Assembly: GCA_963829055.1 (NCBI GenBank)
Contig: CAWHHI010000016.1
Span: 960,001 to 1,024,000, forward strand
DNA: 64,000 bases
Source: an uncultured Gemmatimonadaceae bacterium
GTDB lineage: Bacteria > Gemmatimonadota > Gemmatimonadetes > Gemmatimonadales > Gemmatimonadaceae
Direction: 5' to 3'
The translations under genes were made by a program, and so were the position numbers. Numbering within the stretch: the first letter of the stretch is position 1; each line of letters begins with the position of its first letter. Positions 8,773-19,879 of this stretch are shown here, piece after piece. The notes under the pieces were generated by a model. It worked only from the letters and a program-made list of their open reading frames with translations, made no database searches and had not been told where the DNA came from.

Positions 8773-11583
8773 ATGAGTTCGAACGTGCAGGCCAACACAC
8801 CGACGACTCCGCAGCCCGACTTTCCGCCACAGTTCGATTTCGCCTCGGTCGAGCGCGAGATCTATGACCGATGGCAGCGGGCCGGAGCGTTTTCCGCCAA
8901 CGTGTCGCACTCGGTGCGCATGGATGGCGATCGACAGCCGTTCACGATCGTGATGCCCCCGCCGAACGTCACGGCTGTGCTGCACATGGGGCACGGGCTC
9001 GATAACACGCTGCAGGATGTGCTCATCCGCTGGCGGCGCATGTCCGGCGATGAGGCGCTCTGGGTGCCGGGCACCGACCACGCCGGCATCGCGACGCAGA
9101 ACGTCGTCGAGAAGATGATCGCGAAGGAAGGGCTCACGCGGTACGACGTGGGTCGCGACGCGTTCGTGCGCCGTACCGTGCGCTTCGTGGACGAGACCGG
9201 CGGCGCGATCCTCGGCCAGCTCCGCGCGCTTGGCGCGTCATGCGATTGGTCGCGGGCGGCGTACACGCTGTCGCCAGAACTGTCGCGCGCGGTGCGCGAG
9301 GCGTTCGTGCGGCTGTACGAGAAGGGGCTCGTGTACCGTGGGCACCGCGTGATTCACTGGTGTCCGCGCTGCCTGACGTCGCTCAGCGATGAGGAAGCGG
9401 AGTTCCAGGACACGCCGGGGAAGCTGTATCACATCAGCTACCCGCTCGCGGGTGAGCCGGATCGATTCATCACCGTGGCCACGACGCGTCCCGAGACAAT
9501 GCTCGGGGACGTGGCCGTGGCCGTGAATCCCGACGACGATCGGTATCGCGATCTCATCGGTCGCACGGTGGTGCTGCCCATCGCGAACATCGAGATCCCG
9601 ATCATCCCGGACAGCTACACCGATCCGACGTTCGGGAGCGGCGCGGTGAAGATCACACCGGCACACGACGCGAATGATTTCGAAGTCGGTCAGCGTCACG
9701 AGCTCGCGATGCCGATCGTGATCACCGCGACCGGAACGATGGGCGAAGAACCGGGACGCGAAGGCGAGCACGGCGATCCGACGGAGCGTGTGCCCGCGGA
9801 GCTCCGCGGCCTCGACCGGTTCGAAGCGCGCGAAAAGATCGCGTCGATGCTCAAGGCCGCCGGTCGGCTCGTGAAGGTCGAGCCGCATCAGCATGCGGTG
9901 CGGCACTGTTACCGGTGCGACACCGTGGTCGAGCCGCGCCTGTCGGATCAGTGGTTCGTGAAGATGAAGCCGCTCGCGGAGCCAGCGCTCGCCGCCGTGC
10001 GCGACGGCCGCATCCGCGTGGTGCCCGAGCGCTGGGAAGGCGTCTACATCAACTGGCTCGAGACGATTCGCGACTGGAACATCTCGCGCCAGCTCTGGTG
10101 GGGCCATCGCATTCCCGTGTGGTACTGCGATGCCTGCGGCCGCGTGACGGTGAGCCGCCACGACGTCTCGAACTGCCCGTCGTGCGCCGGGCCAGTGCGC
10201 CAGGACGAGGACGTGCTCGACACCTGGTTCTCGTCCTGGCTGTGGCCGTTCTCGACGTTAGGCTGGCCGAAGGACACGCCGGATCTGCGCGCGTTCTATC
10301 CGACGGACGTGCTCGTGAGCGGCCCCGACATCATCTTCTTCTGGGTGTCGCGGATGATCATGGCCGGCTTCGAGTTCATGGGCGAGGCGCCGTACCATAC
10401 CGTGTACCTGCACGGCATTGCCCGCGACATGAAGCATCGCAAGATGTCCAAGTCGTTAGGTAACGGCATCGACCCGCTCGACGTGATCGCGCGGTTCGGC
10501 GCCGATCCGCTGCGTTACACGGTGGTGGCCGGCATGGGCCTCGGCGTCGATATCATCTTCGACCCCGACGACCTCGAGAAGTCGTTCGCGCCCGGCCGGA
10601 ACTTCGTGACGAAGCTGTGGAACATCGGCCGCTTCCTGCTGACCAACGTGGGTACAGCGCCGGTGCGAACGCTGGCCGAGATCGATCCGGAGCGGCTGAC
10701 GCGATCCGATGAATGGATTCTCGCGCGCCTCGACGCGGCCATTGCCGAGTGCGATGCCGCCCTCGGACCCGCGCGCCCGAACGGCGGCCACTGGACCGTT
10801 CCGGAGCGCACGGCCGGCCTGCGACTCAACGACTTCGCCGAGACGGCTCGGCGCTTCGTGTGGAACGAGCTCGCCGACTGGTATCTGGAAGCAGTGAAGG
10901 CGCGTCTCGCGGAGGGCGCGGAAAACCGAGACGATCGCGAGGTCGCGCGAGCCGTGCTCGTGCACGCGTTCGACGGCGCGTTGCGCCTGCTGCATCCGAT
11001 CGTGCCGTTCGTGACCGAGGCGCTCTGGCAGCGGCTGCCCGGCCGACACGATCACGAGCTGCTCATCACGGCGAGCTGGCCGAAGGCAACCGGCATCCAC
11101 GACGCCGCCGGAGCCGAATTCGAGTTTATCCGCGAGGCCGTCAGCGCGCTGCGGCAGCTGCGCGGCGAGTACAACATCACGCCCGGCAAGTTGCTGCCGG
11201 CGCTCATCGTGCCCTCGCCTAACGCGCGTGCCGCCATGCTCGCCGAGTCGACGCTCATCGGTCGCCTCGCGAGGTGCACGGTCTCGCTCGCGGACGCTGC
11301 CCCCGCCGGCGAGGCGGCGGCACATCAGGTCCTGGCCGACGGATCGGAGGTCATCCTGCCGCTTGCCGGCACCATCGACGTCGCGAAGGAGTGCGCGCGG
11401 CTCCAGCAGGAGTTGGCGTCGCTCGAGAAGCAGCTCGGCGCGCTCCGGCAGCGACTCGCGAACGACGCCTTCGTGTCGCGGGCCAAGCCCGAGATCGTCG
11501 AAGCCGAGCGGCAGAAGGAACGCGAGTGGTCGTCCCGAAGCGAACAACTATCGGCCAAGGTAAAAACATTGTGCGGAGGCTGA
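8773..11583 (+). CDS. valS: Valine--tRNA ligase
   Basis: PPPNVT..LHMGH, GTDHAGIATQ, DWNISRQLWWGH, KMSKS, C-terminal coiled-coil arm. Start chosen at ATG 8773. Confidence 0.97.
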   Translation: MSSNVQANTPTTPQPDFPPQFDFASVEREIYDRWQRAGAFSANVSHSVRMDGDRQPFTIVMPPPNVTAVLHMGHGLDNTLQDVLIRWRRMSGDEALWVPGTDHAGIATQNVVEKMIAKEGLTRYDVGRDAFVRRTVRFVDETGGAILGQLRALGASCDWSRAAYTLSPELSRAVREAFVRLYEKGLVYRGHRVIHWCPRCLTSLSDEEAEFQDTPGKLYHISYPLAGEPDRFITVATTRPETMLGDVAVAVNPDDDRYRDLIGRTVVLPIANIEIPIIPDSYTDPTFGSGAVKITPAHDANDFEVGQRHELAMPIVITATGTMGEEPGREGEHGDPTERVPAELRGLDRFEAREKIASMLKAAGRLVKVEPHQHAVRHCYRCDTVVEPRLSDQWFVKMKPLAEPALAAVRDGRIRVVPERWEGVYINWLETIRDWNISRQLWWGHRIPVWYCDACGRVTVSRHDVSNCPSCAGPVRQDEDVLDTWFSSWLWPFSTLGWPKDTPDLRAFYPTDVLVSGPDIIFFWVSRMIMAGFEFMGEAPYHTVYLHGIARDMKHRKMSKSLGNGIDPLDVIARFGADPLRYTVVAGMGLGVDIIFDPDDLEKSFAPGRNFVTKLWNIGRFLLTNVGTAPVRTLAEIDPERLTRSDEWILARLDAAIAECDAALGPARPNGGHWTVPERTAGLRLNDFAETARRFVWNELADWYLEAVKARLAEGAENRDDREVARAVLVHAFDGALRLLHPIVPFVTEALWQRLPGRHDHELLITASWPKATGIHDAAGAEFEFIREAVSALRQLRGEYNITPGKLLPALIVPSPNARAAMLAESTLIGRLARCTVSLADAAPAGEAAAHQVLADGSEVILPLAGTIDVAKECARLQQELASLEKQLGALRQRLANDAFVSRAKPEIVEAERQKEREWSSRSEQLSAKVKTLCGG

Positions 11584-12968
11584 TCCTTCTCGTGGCCGTC
11601 GCGGGGTGTGCGCAACTTGGCTCACCCCCCGGTGGCCCCGAGGATCGTAATCCGCCACATCTGCTGCGGATATCGCCCGATACGAATGCACTGAACGCGC
11701 GGCCGAAGAGCGTCGAGCTGCGGTTCGACGAGATCGTCAACGAGCGGCCCGCGCGCGGCGGCCAGGATCTCTCGGCACTGTTTCTGGTGTCGCCGCGGAC
11801 GGGGCGCGTCGACGTCCGGTGGCATCGGAGCCGCATCGAGATCCGACCACGACGCGGGTGGCAGACGAATACGACGTACACGATCACGCAGCTCCCCGGC
11901 GTCAGCGACCTGCGCGGAAACGCCGACACCGCGCAGCATCGCTACGTCTTCTCGACCGGAGCGACCCGTCCCGCGACGGTCATCCGTGGCCGGGTGTTCG
12001 ACTGGGTCGCGGGCCGCGTGGCGCCGCGCGCGTACGTCGAAGCCGTCCACCTGCCGGACAGCCTAACGTATGGTGAGTACGCGGATTCTGTCGGGCAGTT
12101 CGAGATCCGCTACGCACCAGCGGGGCGCTATCTTCTGCGCGCGCTGATCGACGCCAACACGAACCGCGTACTCGATCGCCGTGAGCTGTTCGACTCGGCG
12201 ACCGTCACGCTCGGCGATTCCCTCACACGCGAGATGCTCGCGTTCGTCCACGACAGCGCCGGACCGGGAATCGCGGAAGTACAGGTGCAGGACTCGGTGA
12301 CGCTGCGCACCACGTTCGATCGCCCGCTTCAGCCTCGCGTTCCAGTTGTCGCAGGGCAGTTCTCGCTGAAGACTGGCGATTCGACCGTCGTCCCGATCGC
12401 GTCGGTCGCGCTTGGAACCGTGTACGAGAAACAGCAGGCGGACAGCGCGCGCGCGAAAGCGGTGGCGGATTCCGTCCGCCGAGTTCAGGAGGCGGACTCG
12501 ATCCGGCGCGCGAACCCACAGGCGGCTCCTCCGCGCCCAGCGGTACCCCTGCCAGCGGCGCCGCCGACGCAGAGACCCGGTGCGGCCAGGCGAGACACCA
12601 CACCGCCGCCGAAACCGAGCGCGCCGATCCCGGAGACGTACGCGATCATCAAGCTTGCGCGCCCGCTCGCCCCAACGACGTCGTACCGGCTCCACGTCGA
12701 CTCGCTCCGCAGCCTGCTCGGGATCGCGCGATCGTCAGACCGGGTGTTCACGACGACGCGCGCGCGGCCGCCGGCAGACACGACCAGGCCGAGGCCCGAT
12801 TCCGGTCGTCCGGCACCTCCGCGCCGTCCGCCCGGCGACGATGACCGTGCGGCGCTCCGACTGATCCGTAGCCTGTTCTCTTCCGTGCAACCCGCGCCAA
12901 CCGCCGGGTCGTACGCGTTAGGCACCGAACGCGGTTCGGTCGCGTCACGAGGATCGAGTCGACCGTGA
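11571..12968 (+). CDS. Ig-like (Big_5-type) domain lipoprotein
   Basis: GTG start overlapping the valS end; lipobox VAGC followed by PPGGPED and an Ig-like beta-rich region; Pro-rich tail. Confidence 0.7.
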   Translation: MRRLILLVAVAGCAQLGSPPGGPEDRNPPHLLRISPDTNALNARPKSVELRFDEIVNERPARGGQDLSALFLVSPRTGRVDVRWHRSRIEIRPRRGWQTNTTYTITQLPGVSDLRGNADTAQHRYVFSTGATRPATVIRGRVFDWVAGRVAPRAYVEAVHLPDSLTYGEYADSVGQFEIRYAPAGRYLLRALIDANTNRVLDRRELFDSATVTLGDSLTREMLAFVHDSAGPGIAEVQVQDSVTLRTTFDRPLQPRVPVVAGQFSLKTGDSTVVPIASVALGTVYEKQQADSARAKAVADSVRRVQEADSIRRANPQAAPPRPAVPLPAAPPTQRPGAARRDTTPPPKPSAPIPETYAIIKLARPLAPTTSYRLHVDSLRSLLGIARSSDRVFTTTRARPPADTTRPRPDSGRPAPPRRPPGDDDRAALRLIRSLFSSVQPAPTAGSYALGTERGSVASRGSSRP

Positions 12969-14323
12969 GCGACCACCGGCGCGCGCTGCCATCCGTCGGC
13001 GCGCTGTTGGAGAGCCCCGAGTTCGCGCCCCTGCTGGCGCGCGCGCCGCGTCCGCTCGTCGTGGACGCGGTTCGTGCGAGCATCGACGCCGTCCGCGCGA
13101 ATCCAGCCACCGCGCCGCAGGACGCGCTCGAGTGGGCGCGCGCCGCCAATGAGCACCTCACAGCACGCGAGCGGCCATCGCTCCGCCCGCTGATCAACGC
13201 CACGGGGGTCGTACTGCACACGAACCTCGGCCGCGCGCCGCTTGCCGCGCCTGCCGTGCAGGCGATCGTCGAGACGGCGGCTGGCGCGTGTAACCTCGAG
13301 TATGACCTCGACAAGGGGGAACGCGGATCACGCTACGTGCACGCCGTGGCGTTGCTGCGCGAGCTCACGGGTGCCGAGGATGCCATCGTCGTCAACAACT
13401 GTGCGTCGGCGCTCGTGCTCGCGCTCAACTCACTCGCGGCGGGACGCGACGCCATTGTGTCGCGCGGCGAGCTGATCGAGATCGGCGGCAGCTTCCGCGT
13501 GCCCGACATCATGGCGAAGAGCGGGGCGACACTCGTCGAAGTCGGCACGACGAATCGCACGCACCTCGCCGACTATCGCGATGCGATCAGCGACTCGACG
13601 GGCGCCATCGTGAAGGTGCACCGCAGCAACTTCGAGGTCCGAGGCTTCGTCGCTGAAGCGGAGTTGGCGGAGCTGTCGCCGGTCGCGCGCGAGCACGCGT
13701 TGCCGCTGTTGTTCGATTTCGGCAGCGGCCTGATGCTCTCCCTCGACGAGTTCGGACTCCGCGGTGAGCCGACCGCCCGCGATGCGGTGCGCGATGGCGC
13801 GACACTCGTCCTCATGAGCGGCGACAAGCTGCTCGGCGGCCCACAGGCGGGCATCATCGTCGGCGACGCGAAGGCCATCGACGCGTGCCGCAAGAATCCA
13901 CTCGCGCGTGCGGTCCGCGTGGACAAGCTGACGCTTGCCGCACTGGAAGCGACGCTCGCCCTCTACCGCGATCCTGCGCGCGCGCTGCGGGAGATCCCGA
14001 CACTGGCGATGCTCACCGCGACAGCGGCGAGCCTCCAATCGCGGGCCGCGCGAGCCGCGTCGCGGCTCCGCGACGCAGGACTCTCGTGCGACGTCATCGA
14101 GACCGAGGCCAGCGTGGGCGGCGGCGCGTTTCCGACGGCCCGGATTGCTTCACGCGCCATCGCTTTCGCTGGCAACGCCGACGAGCTCGAGCGACGCGCG
14201 CGCCTCGGTGCGACACCCGTGATCGGTCGCATCGCGAACGGACGATTCCTCGTGGATATCCGCAGCGTGCCGGAAGCGCTCGACGATCAGCTCGTGCGGG
14301 CATTCGCGGGCTCGCCGACGTGA
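12965..14323 (+). CDS. selA: L-seryl-tRNA(Sec) selenium transferase
   Basis: INATGVVLHTNLGRA, VNNCA, EIGGSFR, EVGTTN, SGDKLLGGPQAG (PLP Lys). Confidence 0.95.
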   Translation: MSDHRRALPSVGALLESPEFAPLLARAPRPLVVDAVRASIDAVRANPATAPQDALEWARAANEHLTARERPSLRPLINATGVVLHTNLGRAPLAAPAVQAIVETAAGACNLEYDLDKGERGSRYVHAVALLRELTGAEDAIVVNNCASALVLALNSLAAGRDAIVSRGELIEIGGSFRVPDIMAKSGATLVEVGTTNRTHLADYRDAISDSTGAIVKVHRSNFEVRGFVAEAELAELSPVAREHALPLLFDFGSGLMLSLDEFGLRGEPTARDAVRDGATLVLMSGDKLLGGPQAGIIVGDAKAIDACRKNPLARAVRVDKLTLAALEATLALYRDPARALREIPTLAMLTATAASLQSRAARAASRLRDAGLSCDVIETEASVGGGAFPTARIASRAIAFAGNADELERRARLGATPVIGRIANGRFLVDIRSVPEALDDQLVRAFAGSPT

Positions 14324-14330
14324 AACGCTC

Positions 14331-14882
14331 GTGAGCCGGCGCGCCGCGTTCCTCGATCGCGACGGGACCATCATCGAGGACGTTCACTACATCGCGAATC
14401 CCGACGACGCACGCCTGCGGCCTGGTGCCGCGGAAGCGATCGCGGCGCTGAACGCACGCGGCGTTGCAGTCGTGGTGATCACGAACCAGAGCGGAATCGC
14501 GCGCGGCATGTTCACCGTCGCCGATTACGAGCGTGTTCGCGACAGAGTCGCGGAACTGCTCGAAGCCGAGGGCGCACGCATCGATGCGACGTACTACTGC
14601 CCACACTTCCCGGACGGAACGCGTGAGTGCCCGTGTCGCAAACCGGGCACCCTCCTGTTCGACGAGGCGATCGCCGATCTCGACATCGATGGCGCAGCGT
14701 CGGTGTTCGCCGGCGATCGCTTGCGTGATGTCATCCCGGCGCAGAAGTACGGCGGAACGGCATTCCTCATCCGTGCGCCGTCGACGCCGGACGCTGAGAT
14801 CGAGCGCGCGCCTTCAGTCGGAGCCATGGTCGTGGACTCGTTGCACGAGGCGGTGCAGCGTTTCCTCGATGGCGTAGCGTGA
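14331..14882 (+). CDS. gmhB: D-glycero-D-manno-heptose 1,7-bisphosphate phosphatase-like HAD IIIA hydrolase
   Basis: FLDRDGT, TNQSGIARG, CPH...C.CRKP, GD motifs. Confidence 0.85.
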   Translation: MSRRAAFLDRDGTIIEDVHYIANPDDARLRPGAAEAIAALNARGVAVVVITNQSGIARGMFTVADYERVRDRVAELLEAEGARIDATYYCPHFPDGTRECPCRKPGTLLFDEAIADLDIDGAASVFAGDRLRDVIPAQKYGGTAFLIRAPSTPDAEIERAPSVGAMVVDSLHEAVQRFLDGVA

Positions 14883-14930
14883 TGCACGTCCCCTTCCCTC
14901 GCCCGATCCGCGTCCGGTAACATCCGCCAC

Positions 14931-15632
14931 ATGACAACGCGCGTGGCCGTTCTCGCGTCTGGAAGTGGGTCGAACCTCCAGGCGATCCTCGATCATTTCG
15001 ACACGCTCGGCAGCGCCAGCGCTGCCGCAGTCGTGCTGGTCGCGTCGGATCGCGTCGGTGCCGGCGCCCTCGATCGCGCGCGTCGGCATGGAGTCGAGGC
15101 GATCACGCTCGATCCGCTGACGCGCCGCGATGGATTGGCGCCGCTGCTCGAGTCACACGGCATCGACTTGATCGCGCTCGCGGGCTATCTGCGTTTCGTC
15201 CCAACGGACGTGACACGACGTTGGCGCGGTCGCATGGTGAACGTGCACCCATCGCTGCTGCCAGCATTCGGTGGCTCGGGCATGTACGGGTTGCACGTCC
15301 ATCAGGCGGTGATCTCGGCAGGGGTCCGCGTGACTGGTGCGACGGTGCACTTCGTCGACGAGGAGTACGACCACGGCGCGATCATCGCGCAATGGCCCGT
15401 CCCCGTGCTGGCCACCGACACAGGCGAGGAACTGGCGCGGCGCGTGCTCGATGTGGAGCACGCGCTCTACCCGGCGGCCGTGCACGCAGTAGCCGAGGGT
15501 CGTATCACGTTAGGCGACGATGGTGTCGTGCGTGGACTCATGGGTCCGTCGCGCTCGTGCGCGGCATACGCATTGTCGTCCGCCCCGTCACCGTCGATGG
15601 CTGACACGCTGTTCGCCCGTCCGGATCGTTGA
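14931..15632 (+). CDS. purN: Phosphoribosylglycinamide formyltransferase
   Basis: SGSGSNLQA, NVHPSLLP, GATVHFVDEEYDHG. Confidence 0.95.
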   Translation: MTTRVAVLASGSGSNLQAILDHFDTLGSASAAAVVLVASDRVGAGALDRARRHGVEAITLDPLTRRDGLAPLLESHGIDLIALAGYLRFVPTDVTRRWRGRMVNVHPSLLPAFGGSGMYGLHVHQAVISAGVRVTGATVHFVDEEYDHGAIIAQWPVPVLATDTGEELARRVLDVEHALYPAAVHAVAEGRITLGDDGVVRGLMGPSRSCAAYALSSAPSPSMADTLFARPDR

Positions 15633-15687
15633 GCAACACGCACCAGCTCGCACGCAGCTACCCACCCAGCAACCAGCGCCGTTACCA

Positions 15688-17222
15688 ATGCCAAGGGCTC
15701 TTCTTTCCGTTTCCGATAAATCCGGCCTGATCGACTTCGCCCGCGGCCTGCGCGCGCTCGAGTGGGAGATCATCTCTACCGGGGGCACCGCGAAAGCGTT
15801 GCGCGATGCCGCCATTCCTGTGCGAGACGTGGCCGAGGTCACGCGGTTTCCAGAGATGCTCGATGGGCGAGTGAAGACGTTGCACCCCGTCGTGCACGGC
15901 GGATTGCTCGCGCGCCGCGACCTCGAGGAGCACATGACCGCGCTCGCGGATCAGGGCATCGACACGATCGACCTCGTCGCCGTCAACCTCTACCCGTTCC
16001 GCGAGACCGCGTCTCGGCCTAACGTGCATCCGGACGCTGTGGTCGAGCAGATCGACATCGGCGGCCCGTCGATGCTGCGGTCGGCGGCGAAGAATTTCTC
16101 GTCCGTGTTCGCCGTCGTGGATCCGGAGGACTACCCGCGTGTGCTGGCGGCGCTGCAGGCGCAGGATGATGATGTCGATCTCCGACGCACCCTCGCGGCG
16201 AAGGTGTTCGCCCACACTGGTGCGTACGATGCCGCCATCGCGATGTGGTTCGCGGAGCAGCGCGGCGAGCTGTTCCCGTCGCAGATCACCGTCTCGTTCG
16301 ACCGCGCGCAGTCGCTGCGCTACGGTGAAAATCCCGGGCAGCGCGCCGCCTTCTACGTCGAGCGTGGCCTTGGCGGCCTCGCCGCGCTCCAGCAGCGCGG
16401 CGGGAAGGAGCTGTCGTTCAATAACCTGTTGGATCTCGAAGGGGCGCTGATCGCCACCGACCCGTTCGCGGGCGAGATCGCCTGCGCGATCGTGAAGCAC
16501 ACGACGCCGTGCGGCCTCGCGGTTGGCGCGTCGCCGGTCGAAGCGTATCGCAAGGCGCTCGCGTGTGACCCGGTGTCCGCGTTCGGCTCGGTGATCTCGT
16601 TCACCACGGCCGTGGACGTCGACGCCGCCGAAGCGGTGTCGAGCCTGTTCGTCGAGTGCGTCGTCGCACCGGAGTTCTCACCGGAAGCCCTCGACGTGCT
16701 CGGCCGCAAGAAGAACCTGCGCGTGCTCGTGGGCACCGCGCGCTGGTCGCCGCGCGCGCTCGACTTCAAGCGCGTGCGCGGCGGCGTGCTCGCACAGGAA
16801 CGCGCGCCTAACGCTGCGCGATGACGCGTCATGGCAAGTCGTGACGCGGCGCCAGCCGACGGCCGAGGAGCGCCGGGACATGCTGTTCGCCTGGCGGGCG
16901 GTAGGGTCCGTCAAGTCGAACGCGATCGTGCTCGTACGCGACGGCGCGACGATCGGCATCGGGGCCGGCCAGATGTCGCGGGTAGACGCGGCGTTCGTGT
17001 CGGTGCACAAGGCCAGGACGGCCGGTCATGAGACGGCCGGGCGCCGTTCTCGGCTCCGACGCCTACTTCCCGTTCCGTGACGGCGTCGACCAGGCGGTCG
17101 AGGCGGGTGTGAAGGCGATTGTCCAGCCTGGTGGCTCGATCCGGGACGCCGAGGTGATTGCGGCCGCGGACGAGCATGGGGTGGCGATGGTGTTCACGGG
17201 ACAGAGGCAGTTCCGTCATTGA
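15688..17222 (+). CDS. purH: Bifunctional AICAR transformylase/IMP cyclohydrolase (frameshifted near 16815 and 17038)
   Basis: [34 protein letters not shown], then [15 protein letters not shown] and SDAYFPF...QPGGS...RQFRH in successive frames. Confidence 0.95.
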
Positions 17223-17337
17223 GCTATCAGCCATCAGCCATCAGCCATCAGCTAACGGCCAGAGGCGTCAGCAGGGTAGTTTTGAGCCTTCGCCGTCAGT
17301 GCTTTGCTGATGGCTGATGGCTGATGGCTGATGGCTG
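17223..17337. repeat. Inverted heptamer repeat arrays (ATCAGCC)n ... (GGCTGAT)n forming a long hairpin
   Basis: gctatcagccatcagccatcagccatcagc (17223-17252) and gctgatggctgatggctgatggctgatggctg (17306-17337). Confidence 0.85.
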
Positions 17338-17434
17338 CTGCTCCGGTGACCTTTCTTCCGCCACCCTGGTTGTATCTCGGGACCCACCGCACCCGCGTCT
17401 GGGCCCGTGTTTCTTTCAATTACCTGGACCGCTG

Positions 17435-19731
17435 ATGGCTTCCACTGTTTCAGCCGATCTCGACTATCGGCCGTCGTATCTCGCGGCCGGCATCGCTTCG
17501 GTACTCGTGCTGACGCTCTACATCATCACACTGGCGCCTTCGACCGCCATGTGGGACACGAGCGAGTACATCGCCGCCGCGTACATCCTCGGACTGCCGC
17601 ACCCACCGGGCAATCCGTTCTTCGTGCTCATCGGGAAATTCTTCTCGCTGCTGCCGATCGCGAGCTCGATCGCCGCGCGCGTCAACATCCTTGCGGCGGT
17701 TTCGAGCGCCGTATCGGCCGGCATGTGGTTCCTGATCACCGAGCGCGTGCTCGTGAGCTGGTTCCCGCGTCGCTGGCAGCGTATCGCCGGCGGATCGGTC
17801 GCGGCGCTCATCGGCGCCACGGCCTTCACGGTCTGGAGCCAGTCGGTCGTCAACGAGAAGGTGTACACGGTCAGCCTCGTCGGTCTCGCGCTCTGCTCCT
17901 GGATCACGGTCCGCTGGTGCGACGAGCCCGATGGCTACAAGGCCGATCGTCTCCTCGTGCTCGTCGCGTACCTCCTGGGACTCGGCTACGCGAACCACAT
18001 GGCCGGCATGCTCGCCGCGCCGGCCGTCGCGATCGCCGTACTGATTCGCCGCCCGCGCACGCTGCTCCGCTGGAAGCTGCTGCTCGCGCTGGTAGGCGCC
18101 GCCTTCCTCGGCATCACGCCGTTCGCCACACAGCCCATCCGCGCCGCGTTCTTCCCGGCGATCAACGAGGGAGAGCCGACCGCCTGCCGCACGGAGCTCA
18201 AGGCCGACTGCACGTTCTCCGCGGGGACGTGGCAGGCGTTCAAGTACAACTTCAACCGCGAGCAGTACGGGAAGCCGCCGGTCATCGAGCGACAGGCGCC
18301 CATTCGGGGCGCAGATCGGGATGTGGTGGCTCTACTTCAAGTGGCAGTGGCTGCGCGACGCGCACGGCGAGATGCCCGCGCTTCAGGTGACGCTCGCGAC
18401 CGTCTTCCTCATACTCGGCCTGCTCGGCGGGTGGGTGCACTGGCAGCGAGACCGACGATCGTTCTGGTTCTTCGGTCCGCTGATGTTCACCATGACGCTG
18501 CTGCTCATCTACTACCTGAACTTCAAGTACGGGTATTCGCAGGATCCGGAGCTCGGCGACAACGTCGCGCGCGAAGTCCGCGACCGAGACTACTTCTACC
18601 TGTGGAGCTTCTCCGCCTGGAGCGTGTGGGCCGCGCTCGGGCTGGCGTACGTCTGGGAGACGATCGCCGCGCTCGTCGGGTCGGAAACCGTTAGGCTCGG
18701 CCGCGAGAGCCTGCAGATGCCGCGCAAGCAGAGCTGGCTCGTCGCCTCACCGATCCTCGCGCTCGCGTTCGTGCCGCTGTTCGGCAACTGGAACGCGGCG
18801 TCGCGGCGTGACGACACGACGACGCGCGACTTCGCCGCGGATCTGCTGAATTCGGTCGAGCCGTACGGCATTCTCGTCACCGTCGGCGACAACGACACGT
18901 TCCCGCTCTGGTACGCGCAGGAAGTGGAGGGCATTCGCCCCGACGTCATCGTCGCGAACACGTCGCTGCTCAACACCGACTGGTATACGCGGCAGCTCAT
19001 CCGCGCCCCAGTACGCGAGTACGATCGCCGCGAAGGGGCCGGCGATCTACCGCGGCGGAACTGGAAGAAGCCGTCCGGCCCGCCGGTCAACATGACGATG
19101 GATGAGGCGGACGCGATCCCGCTCGCGTACGACATGCGTGAGCCGCAACAGTTCACCGCCGGAAACATCCAGGCGACGATCTCGCCGCGCACGCTCACGC
19201 GCGCCGACATCTTCGTGCTGCGCATGATCAAGGACAACGTCGGACGCCCGATCTACTTCAGCCGCACCTCGGGTGGCTACGGCAGCCAGGAGTTCGGCCT
19301 CGGACCGTACCTCGTGACGCAGGGTCTCGCGCGAAAGCTCGTGCCGGACATTCCACGCGCCGCGAGCCGCGACACGATGCTCATCCCGGGCGAGGGCTTC
19401 GTCGACGTGAAACGCAGCACGGTTCTGTGGGACAGCGTGTTCCAGGCGCCGAAGTCCATCATCAAGAAGGGAGACTGGCCGGACCGCGCGTCGGTCGGCA
19501 TTCCCGCGCTCTTCGTGTCCACGGGGTTCATGATCGCGGAGGCGCAGCGAACACTCGGGAACGCGACCGAGGCACAACGCATCCTCGCCACGCGCTGAAG
19601 GCGTGGCGCGTGCGACGCGGCTGTCCGACCTGTTCAACGCGGTGCAACAAATGCCGCCGTTAGGCGCGGAAGGCGACAGTCGCGCGCTGCCGATTCCGTT
19701 GCCCGTCAAACCGGAGAGCGGAAAGAAGTAG
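17435..19731 (+). CDS. DUF2723-type multi-pass membrane protein (GT-C/TMEM260-like), frameshifted
   Basis: WDTSEY...LGLPHPPGNP, REVRDRDYF, GDNDTFPLWYAQEVEG, NTSLLNTDWY motifs across two ORFs; C-terminus continues to TAG at 19729-19731. Confidence 0.85.
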
Positions 19732-19736
19732 CGACC

Positions 19737-19845
19737 TGTCATCCCGAGCGCCAGCGTAGGGACCGTCTCGAACGTCATTGTGGCCGGACTTGCTACGATG
19801 ACGGTCAGAGAAGGTCCCTCGCCGTTTCACTCCTCGGGATGCACA
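19737..19845. repeat. REP-like palindromic element between convergent genes
   Basis: TGTCATCCCGAG...AGGGACC...GGTCCCT...CTCGGGATGCACA nested inverted repeats. Confidence 0.65.
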
Positions 19846-19879
19846 ACTCCGATGCTGGGCCGGGTTGCGCCTCGTCCGC

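Noticed and set aside
15688..17222. Programmed frameshifting or true pseudogenisation of purH, pdxJ, cysK, prs, pth and others
   Set aside because: Indels are numerous, lack common slippery sites and hit essential genes; sequencing error is more parsimonious.
17223..17337. Repeat arrays as CRISPR
   Set aside because: They are 7-nt tandem units without unique spacers; no cas genes are in the window.
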